Positions 50,101-59,137 of a stretch of 64,000 nucleotides of DNA are shown here, in pieces. The position numbers were made by a program, and so were the translations under genes. The first letter of the stretch is position 1. Each line of letters begins with the position of its first letter. A model generated the notes under the pieces. That model worked only from the letters and a program-made list of their open reading frames with translations, was not told where the DNA came from and made no database searches. The stretch lies in sequence record MK250017.1; one strand, given 5' to 3'.

Positions 50101-52581
50101 GATGTTTCAGTAAATAGATTAGGTAATTATACAGTATCAGTAAATGCATATGATTATTATAATAATATATTTGTTAATCAGAGTGATGATATAACAACAG
50201 TTACAACAAAACCTATAAGTCTCGATATTATTCTTAATGAATCTGAATTAGTTAATAATAAAGATTTTTATCATTATAATGCTAAAGGTACTTATATGAC
50301 TAATAGTGAAACTAATACATTATTTGATAGTATTAATAAAAATGGAGATTATCCAATTTATCCATAGACATATAGAATATATGATATTGATCCTATTGTA
50401 GATAGTCCAAATACTATAGAATATGATAATATATCTTATGCAATAGATACACCTAAACCTGGAAACTTTATTATATTTAATAACTTTACAGAACAAGTTT
50501 TAAATATAATAAAAACTAATGATATATATAAATTTACATTAGTTGATGAAAGTCCAAATAGAGAAATATTACAGAATTCATCTTATGTTGGTTTATGTAT
50601 ATATGATTGTATACAAAAAGATATATTAGTTGATATATATCCGTTTGAAGTACAAAAATTCTATACATTTGATTCTTCAATAGTAGATTCATCATATTAT
50701 CGTTTTGATGCAAATAATTCTTATATAACAGTTAAAGACACATCTAATATGTTAAATGCTAGCGCATTTAAAGATATTTATGAAAAATCAATTGAATCCT
50801 CTGTTAATTCATCAATTAATTCATCTGCATTTTTTACAAATTCTATAAATGCATATGTATATACTGCTAATGAACATGTATTTGAACCAAATGATGAAAT
50901 AATATTAGATACATCAAACTTATTATCTTATATTCATACATTTAATAAAAAACAGTATTTTATGAAGAATTAGGTTATCAAAATTTGTTATGCAGATGAA
51001 ACAGTCATACATAATGATTATACTGATAAAGCTATAGATAATGAAACTGCATATCGTATTATTAATGTTAATCAAAATGAAGATAAAACATTTACATATA
51101 CAATAAATGGTTTAATAGATCTTGATAAACTTAATAATAAGTTATATCATAATAATGCATGTAGAGATATGAGTACAGGTGGTAAGTTAATTACTAAGAA
51201 TCCTTATAAATTAAAGATGTGTCCTGTACATTTAAGAGCTGCATAGTATGTATTACGTGTAAATGGTTATGGTGAGGAATTTACATCAAGATATAACAAA
51301 GGTGTAGTTTAGAGAACAACTGTAACATATGATCCAAAATCATTATTATTTGATAGTTATCTTGATACAACTTATTCTGCATAGATATTTGATTATGATC
51401 CTAAATTATTATAGAATATATGGATAAATGCAAAAGATCAATATGAAGATGAAACTCTTTATATCTATAGAGATAAACCTGTTACAATATCAAAAGGTAG
51501 AAATATTATATTAAGACCTGATACTTTATAGAATATATTATCTGAAAAGTTTAATGATACATCTGTACCATTAAGAATTCATTGGAATTGGAAATCTTAT
51601 ATTATAGATGATCATGAAACATTTGAATCAGAACAAGGCTTAATAGATAAACAAGTTGTATTTAAATCTGCAAATAAAATATTATCAATTAAACCTGAAT
51701 TATTAGGGTCTCAATCACCTAATATGATATGTTGTGATGTATATGGAAATCGTGTTATAAATGAAGCAGATGGATTTGTATATGTAGATGCAGATGGAAG
51801 TAATAATACTGTTGGTAAATTCGAAGAAGGTACAAGAAATATTATGTATAAAGATGTATTTATTGTTGGTTTTGATGTATAGTTTAGTCCATTAAATACA
51901 TTATCTACATATGGAGAAACTGCAACATATACAATAAGTGAAACTGGTTCTTCAAATGAAAATACAAATAATATATCATTTAAATATAAGATATATTATA
52001 GTGATGGTACTATTGTTGAAGATAAAGGATGTAATTGTAATTTACTTACATAGAAAGGAAATGTTTCTAAAACAAATAAGGTTAAATTTACAGTTAAAGA
52101 AGCAACAGAATCACATAAATCTAAAGTTGGTGAATTACAATGTAAATTAACTATTGATAAAAAATCAGATAGAGATATTATTCAACATGAACAAATTCAT
52201 ACATTAGATATTAAACAATATGGTACATCAATAACAACAAATATATATGATTTATCATTTAATGTAAAAGATATTCCGTCAGAAGGATTAGATAATATAG
52301 AAGAATATATTATTAGAGATTATATTAAAGATATAAAATATACATTAATAAGAAGTGAAGGTGAAATAGAATAGATAGAATCGCCAACATTTGAAAATTC
52401 AATGTTAAAAATAAAAGGCTTTAAAATAATTCATAATCAACGAGGAATAACCAATAATATACCGGAAAACAAATCAGGTAGAAAAGAGATAGGTATTTTA
52501 CAATTAACAGTATAGTTTAATGTACATGGTATTTAGAATGATATAGAAACAACAGGAATGTGTTCTATATATCAATTATAA
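47167..52581 (+). CDS. Large baseplate/tail protein (possible T4 gp7 / P2 gpI-like segment), 1,804 aa, TAG=Gln
   Basis: One frame from ATG 47167 to TAATAA 52579 with many TAG. YVGTYKALMGAIKFLGYGDLIFKEWY resembles wedge-initiator motifs. Confidence 0.8.
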
Positions 52582-52583
52582 TA

Positions 52584-52624
52584 AAAAAGACTGAAGGATT
52601 TTGCGATTATCCTTCAGTCTTTTT
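52584..52624. terminator. Bidirectional terminator
   Basis: AAAAAGACTGAAGGAT/ATCCTTCAGTCTTTTT stem overlapping the end of the convergent gene. Confidence 0.85.
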
Positions 52625-53320
52625 ACTTTCTTCAAATTTCTTTCTATATATTTCTTTTTTCCAGTCTTGTACTTTTAATGTAGTATCTTTAGTTGAAGTT
52701 TCACGTAAATCCATATTACTTTCATTATGAGATTGCTTTACTTCTTCATATGTAACTTGCTATGGTTCCTGATTTGTTATAGTTGGTTTTAATTTACGAT
52801 TAACTCCATTATCTTCAGCAATAAGGTCTTCATCCTCTTTATGTTGTAGATCAAGATATGTATCAATATAGTATTTTCTAAATTGATTTTGCATTTCATT
52901 AATCTACTTATTAAAATCTTTAGCAATAGACATTAATTTTGTATATGAATCAAATAATTTTGCAGATGTATCTCCTTTTGAAATTGTATCCATAATTACT
53001 TTAATCATAACATTATTCATGCTCTACTGATAGTAAAGTTGACCAAGCTAATCAGCATCCTATAATATTTTATCTTTAATAATAGGATTTTCCTAATATG
53101 CAGCAGGTACAATTGTATTAACAATCTATTTAACTGATTTTAAAGCTTTCGCAGTATCTGCAGACATTACTTCTTCATGTTCAACAACAAATATCGGATC
53201 CGGTTCTTGAAGCTCATCAGGAATATCTGTATCTATATCATTAGCATCATAATTTCCTGGTTGTGATGAAGCAGCTGCAGCTAAACTACCTAACTAACTC
53301 GCTATATCTTTTGCTTTCAT
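52607..53320 (-). CDS. Hypothetical helical protein, 237 aa, TAG=Gln (terminase small subunit-like is a weak guess)
   Basis: Absent from the track. ATG 53320 to TAA 52607 through about 8 TAG. Helical core ...TISKGDTSAKLFDSYTKLMSIAKDFNKQINEMQ. Confidence 0.7.
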
Positions 53321-53341
53321 TTTTCTTTAATTAAATTATTT

Positions 53342-54439
53342 TTAAACTAATGTAGATATAAACTTTTGCATATTCTTATATGTATGTAAATATTTTGGAG
53401 CAATTTTTTTATATACATAATGCATGTAGTAATCATTAATAAATGCGCTTAATTTTGTTCCAAATGTTTTATAATCAACAGCATCTGTAAAATAGTTTAT
53501 ATAATTCTTATCAAATAAATCATTCATCTGTTTAATTGTTTTATCAGATGGATTACATTCATTTAATGTATTTGTTATATAATAAAATAATTTTATAGGA
53601 TCTTGTCCACATAATCCATTTATTGCTTGCGAATAATTACCGAATGTTTTATATACAATAGCATAACTGTAAATAAAACATGCATAATCATTATTATTCA
53701 ATGCAGGAGTTTCTATATATTTTAATATATCATCTTTAGTTGCATTTGGATTCTTTTTTGTATATACCATCATATTTTGAACAAATGAATGATACCATGC
53801 ATTTAATTCAGTTGGTTGTGAAACATAAAGAAAAGTTTTTAATGATTTATATGTTGTATCATTCTTTAATAATGCTTCTTTTATTTTTTCTTTAAATACT
53901 TGATTGTTAATATCAAATTCATCAGCTATTAATGTAATATGAAGTAATTCTTTTAATGGACCTCCAAATACGCCCATTATATTATCATAATAATGTCTAA
54001 GTTCATGATATACATATTCTTTAAGTTCATCTGTTAATTCTTCTTTATTACCTGTATAACCTTTAAAAGTATTATAGTTAATATAAATATAACCACAATT
54101 ATTTTTCTTTTTATCTACTGTAGAATCAACAGGTGAATAAAATGCGGCTTCATCATCATCAATAAATCCTTGAAATTTATAAGATGTATTAACTTTATCT
54201 GTATCTATATTAACTAATATAACTTTAATAAAACCTAATTTAGGATTATCTAAATCAAATGTAAATGTATGATAAAGAAAACCTTCAAGATCTTTCACAT
54301 TAGGTTTACCTTTTACTTCGTAATTAGTATCCCAATGAATATCAGGAGATGTCATAAATTCAACCATTGAATTTACAACATTATCTAAATTAAATTGTTT
54401 CTAATCGATATATCCTATTTTTTCTGTAATTGATTTCAT
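53342..54439 (-). CDS. HEXXH zincin-like protein, 365 aa, one TAG at codon 13
   Basis: YVYHELRHYYD plus downstream PTELNAWYH. In-frame ATG at 54439 extends the track ORF. Confidence 0.7.
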
Positions 54440-54482
54440 AATAATTAACTTTATTTATAATGTATTTATTTCTATTAAAAAG

Positions 54483-54523
54483 AAAAGAGATAACAGAATA
54501 ATGTATAAACTGTTATCTCTTTT
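54483..54523 (-). terminator. Terminator hairpin
   Basis: AAAAGAGATAACAG/CTGTTATCTCTTTT stem. Confidence 0.8.
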
Positions 54524-54534
54524 ATATCGTATTA

Positions 54535-54912
54535 TTACTTCAATAATTTTAGATGTCTTACATAATTTTGAGGAATCTTATAACATGCAATTGCTGTTAT
54601 TTGATTATTCAAATCAGGTTCTTTGAATACACTCATTTCTTCATCTTTACTAATATATAATCTTCTTTTCATTTGATTAATGAAGTTATCAAGATCACAT
54701 GATAAGTAAACTACTGTATCATTTTGCCATTCACTATTTGGATGTTCAATCAGAAACTGCGCTATTGCATGTCCACCTTGAACTGCTCCATAAATAGGAA
54801 CTAATTTATTACTTACTAAAACATAAAGTTTTTTATTTGTTTCTAATTCATGTGGAACAAATTGTTTTTTTTTATTAATGATTTTTTTAATTATTAATTT
54901 TACTTTCCTCAT
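54535..54912 (-). CDS. Peptidyl-tRNA hydrolase PTH2-like protein
   Basis: KLYVLV...AVQGGHAIAQF...WQNDTVVYL...FKEPDLNNQITAIA...LKLL, the phage PTH2-like pattern. No TAG. Confidence 0.75.
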   Translation of the reverse strand: MRKVKLIIKKIINKKKQFVPHELETNKKLYVLVSNKLVPIYGAVQGGHAIAQFLIEHPNSEWQNDTVVYLSCDLDNFINQMKRRLYISKDEEMSVFKEPDLNNQITAIACYKIPQNYVRHLKLLK

Positions 54913-55273
54913 AATTAGAAGCTTTATATTTTTTTATTAATTGCTGTATTCTCTTATAAAGATAATAATATTCATTAGTAAATGTTTGATATGAAAACAT
55001 ATAATGTTTTTTATATGTTTCATTACAGTATACTAAATATTTTTTTTGTTCATCTAAATTAAGATTATGTTTAACAATATAATATGCAACATTTATTGCA
55101 TGTATATCTTCTAATGTTTCTTCTAACTTAGATTTAGCATTACTTGTTTCTTCAAGATTATAATTTTCATCTTTTGATGATCTATTAGCAATTAATTTTA
55201 ATTCTTTTCTTTTTGCTATTTCAGATTTAAGATATTTCTTAAATTCAATTAAATTTTCATTAAGTGTTTTCAT
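54887..55273 (-). CDS. Hypothetical protein, 128 aa
   Basis: ATG..TAA, overlaps the start of the PTH2-like gene. Confidence 0.7.
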   Translation of the reverse strand: MKTLNENLIEFKKYLKSEIAKRKELKLIANRSSKDENYNLEETSNAKSKLEETLEDIHAINVAYYIVKHNLNLDEQKKYLVYCNETYKKHYMFSYQTFTNEYYYLYKRIQQLIKKYKASNYEESKINN

Positions 55274-55420
55274 TTTCTTCTTTAATTTGTTTTATTTTTA
55301 TAATAGTGTAATAATTATTTTAAATCAAAAATAAACAAATTAAAGGTGAACCTCTACTTAATGTAACTTACCAATGTTGAAGTTTCATAATTTTCTTTTT
55401 ATCATTTTTTAAAAAAATTA

Positions 55421-55508
55421 GTAGAATGATAGAATTTGATTCGCACAAATTTTCCTGTCTTTGAGATCTCTACACAGATTTTATCGATTATTAAACTACT
55501 ATCTCTAC
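55421..55508 (-). ncRNA. tRNA-like cloverleaf with abnormal anticodon arm
   Basis: Acceptor GTAGA-GATAG / CTATC-(AT)-TCTAC; TA linker; D-arm GTTT..AAAT; stem CTGT/ACAG around a 15-nt loop; T-arm ATTTG-TGCGAAT-CAAAT. Confidence 0.45.
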
Positions 55509-55527
55509 TTCTGTTTGCAAACCATTG

Positions 55528-55599
55528 TGCTCTATACAGGGATCGAACCCGTGATCTGGAAGTTTAAAATTTCCTGCTGTACCGCTTAGCTAATAGAGC
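55528..55599 (-). tRNA. tRNA with UUA anticodon (ochre/amber suppressor type)
   Basis: GCTCTAT/ATAGAGC acceptor, A73, D-arm GCT..AGC with GG, anticodon arm GGAAA-TTTTAAA-CTTCC (anticodon TTA, A31xC39 mismatch), T-arm ACGGG-TTCGATC-CCTGT. CCA not encoded. Confidence 0.88.
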
Positions 55600-55675
55600 A
55601 ATTAAAAATAATCATTACTTCTAATAAAATAATGTAATGATTATTTTATTTTTAAAAATTAAACACTGTTTATTA

Positions 55676-55855
55676 TTACTTTGTCTTTGAAGCCTCAATA
55701 GACTCCTTACGGAATGTCTTAAGCAACTTCTCAATTGCAAGAGAAGCCTTACGTGCACGCTGACCAGCTGCCTTATTACCCTTATCTGTCTGTGCAGTTG
55801 CATCTGCCTGGAAAGCTGCAAATGCCTCATTAATACTTGTCAAAATCTCATTCAT
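55676..55855 (-). CDS. Histone-H1-like (Hc1-type, Bacteroidota family) protein, 59 aa
   Basis: MNEILTSINEAFAAFQADATAQTDKGNKAAGQRARKASLAIEKLLKTFRKESIEASKTK contains the KGNKAAG.RARK.S signature. Ends TAATAATAA. The track shows the wrong frame here. Confidence 0.85.
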   Translation of the reverse strand: MNEILTSINEAFAAFQADATAQTDKGNKAAGQRARKASLAIEKLLKTFRKESIEASKTK

Positions 55856-55871
55856 AATTGTTTTCTTAAAA

Positions 55872-56079
55872 TTAATTTTTATTTATGATTTTATTATTCT
55901 CCCATGTTTTGCTCCAATTTGCATCTGTTTTTAAATGTTGAAAACGAACATATTTGCCTACATTCTTATCAAAATCATTATAATTAAAACTATCTGCATT
56001 TCGTACTACAAAACCTTCAACTTCTTGTGATTTATGTAAATCACAATAATCAGAGAATGCTTTAATAATATTCTTAATA
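55872..56079 (-). pseudogene. Split RNA ligase, piece 3 (C-terminal)
   Basis: (N)IKNIIKAF...EVEGFVVRNADSF...KNVGKYVRFQHLKTDANW: motifs IV and V, then TAA. Confidence 0.88.
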
Positions 56080-57566
56080 TTAAATAATTCACTTATAACA
56101 TATATAACTTTAATATTATATATGACATATATATGATTTGTCTGAAGTGAATCTAGAAAACTACAGATTAAACTAATCTATAGAAAGTCTATATTTAATT
56201 TTAGACTTTTTGAAGAAGTAATATAGTTCAATCAAATCCTTGTATGTAGGTTGTAAATTAAATTCTTCCAACGACTCAAGATACAACTTATTAAACATAC
56301 TCAAATTCGGTCTTATTATATTCTTTTTAATTTCTTTTGTTTTACTTATATATTGATTATAAAACTCATAACCACGCCTACCTATTTCTATTGATGCTAA
56401 TATCATATCAGGTAAATTTAATGAACGATATAGAAAATTACCAATAAAACTTGAATATTCTGGTTTAACTTTTAATAACTTAATATTATGAATATTACAA
56501 CGTTTAGTTAAATTATTCACAAATGTTGTTCTACACCATGAATTATTAACCAATTTATTAAAATATACACCTAAATCTTTATCTGAAGTTTTGATATTTA
56601 AATTCTCTATAGAAATAAGTTGACATTTATAATATATAGATTTATTAATTATATTCTTTACAATTTGTAAAGTCTCATAATTTCTCTTATCTGAAATATA
56701 TTTTCTTTCATTTGAATCAGATGAATATCCTTTATTCTTTAAATTAAAATCTTTATCATTCAATTTTTTAATTGAATAAATACCTGATTTGATAACATCA
56801 AATTCATTTTCAGATTTCCAATCAACAATAGACCATCCTATATAATTAGGATTTAAATCCAAAGATAGTACTCTATTTTTTATAAATTTAGTTTCATAAT
56901 TATAAACATCATTTTCTTCAAATATCACATAAATATATTCTAAATCTAATTTATATGCAATCTTTATTTCTTTTCTTTCTTGTTTCTAATATAGTTTAGA
57001 TAATATCTACTTTCTTTTATTTAATCCAATTAACCATAAATTTATTTTTGTATGTTTATTTGGTTTAAATATAATATTTTCTAAATCTTGTTCTATGTGA
57101 AATTTTCTATTTCCTTTAACTGATTTATTAACTATTTCACCTATTGAATATAAAGCCGATAATCTTTTCTACTTAAACTATTCTTTTGAAATATTGTTCT
57201 TTAATCTCTAAAAATAATTCTTCTTACTGCCAAATATAATTTTCTATTTCTTTGGTATATCATAGAAAGAACATTGAATAAACCAACTATCTAACAAATA
57301 TATATTGTTTAATGTTTTTATTTGTTGTTTTATATCTTTCTAAGATTTACCTTCCTATACTCTATTGTATACAAAATGCTGTACAGAACTATACTATTTC
57401 ATATAATTCCGTATAATATCTAATGATTGTTCATCCGTTCGATATTTAATCTTTAATACTTGCATTTTTAATTGTATATAATATTATATTCTTTTATTAT
57501 TTATCTGAATAATTTTAAAAAATAATAAATTCTTATAAAATATAAATTATAAGGTATTATTATATT
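56080..57566 (-). mobile_element. TnpB-only element B (about 1,487 bp) inserted in the RNA ligase gene
   Basis: Lies exactly between ligase codons ...GTG TAT AA | T ATT AAG. Left flank TATAA, right end TTTAA, subterminal hairpin CTTATAA-N8-TTATAAG. No tnpA. Confidence 0.82.
56116..57465 (-). CDS. tnpB: TnpB-like RuvC nuclease lacking the Zn finger, 449 aa, 11 TAG=Gln
   Basis: RuvC-I VLSLDLNP, RuvC-II ISIENL, VKPEYSSFIGN...LPDMILASIEIGRRG (RuvC-III). The track shows only the TAG-free middle. Confidence 0.78.
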
Positions 57567-57768
57567 TTATACACGCCTCTGTATATTTCGTCTACTATTT
57601 TGATATTATTTTTTTCACAAAATGAAACTGTTTTATCCCATGATAAACAATTATTTTTATCATCGTATATAGAAAAACATTGAAACAATTCATTCACATT
57701 TTTAAATGTATATGATATAGAATGTTTTGCCTGCATGTTTTCACCACATACTCGATAACCGTCAGGAA
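57567..57768 (-). pseudogene. Split RNA ligase, piece 2 (middle)
   Basis: (I)PDGYRVCGENMQAKHSISY...FQCFSIYD...CLSWDKT...IYRGVY: motifs III and IIIa. Not in the track. Confidence 0.88.
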
Positions 57769-59137
57769 TTAAATAACAGTATGTTAAAACTTGAACAAAT
57801 TTGAACTTTGCTCTTTATTAACTTCTTGCTTCACTCTATCACTACTTTTTAGGTTCATTTCTGAACGGTCATCCATAGTTGGATAGTCCACAAGCTTAAA
57901 TTCGGGTGTACTGCACCCTATTATTCTTAAACCTTCATCAAGTATATTTAGTGCTGCATTGTAATCTCTATTAATAAGTTTACCACAATTAGGACAGGTC
58001 CATTCTCTATCACTCAATTTTAATTTCTTAAAAATATAACCACAACAGTTACATGTTTTACTTGATGGATAAAATCTATCTACAAATACTATCTTTCTGT
58101 TATACCATCTTGCTTTATACTCTAATATTCTTCGGAATTCACCAAAATTCATTTCTAAAATACTTTCAGCAAGTTTATGGTTCTTAACCATACCTTTCAC
58201 ATTTAAGTCTTCCATACATATAACTTGGTTTTCGTCAATGAGTGAATTACTTACATAGTGAAGATAGTATTGTTTTCTATCATTTATTGTTTTATATACT
58301 TTAGCAAGTTTAATTCTTGCTTTATTTCTGTTGTTACTTCCTTTTTGTTTTCTTGAAAGTTGTTTTTGAAGTTTATTTAACTTAATTATCTCATTCTTTT
58401 TAAAATGTAAGTTATTGAATACTTCTCCTTCTGATGTGATGATAAAATCTTTTACACCAAGGTCAATACCTACACAATTATCACTATCTTGTAATCCTTT
58501 ATGTATTAAATCACCATCAACCAATATTGACAAATAATATTCACCGCAAGGTAGTTTAGATAATGTTGCTTGTCTAATATTATCATGATGTTTTTGTAAA
58601 TATTGTACATATTTTTTATTACATCTGAACTTAATATTCTTTATATTAGCAAGAGATAACTAATATGTTGTATAATCATTCTTTCTTGAGATGGTACCGA
58701 TTTCAAATCTACAGCTTTGTTTGTTATCATGTTTTGATTTGAATTTTGGATACCCTGTATGTTGTTTAAAGAAACGTTTATATGCATCTAACATATCCAT
58801 TATAGATTGTTTAAGAACTTTTGTATTCTGTTCTCTGAGCCATATAAAATTATCATCTTTCAATAGTTCATGATGAAACCAATAACTGAGTGTAGATCTG
58901 TTTTCAGAAATATTATGTTCTTTATATTGATTTATTTTTCGAGCAAGTGTTTGATTATATACAAAACGACAACAACCAAGCAACTTATTAATTTGTGTTG
59001 CTTGTTCCATATTTGGGTATAATCTTATTTTTATTGCTCTTAACATAATTTATTTTTTTGTTTATTTCTTTTTTCTCTTATTTATTTAAATAATTTTTAT
59101 AAAAATGTACAATATTGTTCAAATTATTTATTTACTA
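57769..59137 (-). mobile_element. TnpB-only element A (about 1,369 bp) inserted in the RNA ligase gene
   Basis: Lies between ligase codons TTA A | TT CCT. An 11-bp direct repeat TGTTATTTAAT (59137-59147 and 57768-57778) makes the exact border slide. No tnpA. Confidence 0.85.
57784..59046 (-). CDS. tnpB: IS605-type TnpB nuclease, 420 aa, one TAG=Gln
   Basis: N-terminal KIRLYPN.EQ...GCCRFVYN, GIDLGVK (D), CMEDLNV (E), SSKTCNCCG/CPNCG Zn finger, NRDYNAALNI (D). Track ORFs 58660..59046 and 57784..58533 join across one TAG. Confidence 0.92.

Noticed and set aside
17226-52581. Pseudogene decay or sequencing errors as the cause of the fragmented ORFs
   Set aside because: Interruptions are exclusively TAG, never TAA/TGA or frameshifts, over many kilobases, and conserved motifs are intact.
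52607-53320. Firm call as terminase small subunit
   Set aside because: Only a loose helical resemblance to T4 gp16 and no large terminase nearby, so it is kept as hypothetical.
56080-59137. The inserts as self-splicing introns or IStrons that would rescue the ligase at RNA level
   Set aside because: Only about 90-100 nt precede each tnpB, too little for a group I core. No border register gives a 5'-exon U together with a terminal G, nor GUGYG...AY. Not excluded without RT-PCR.
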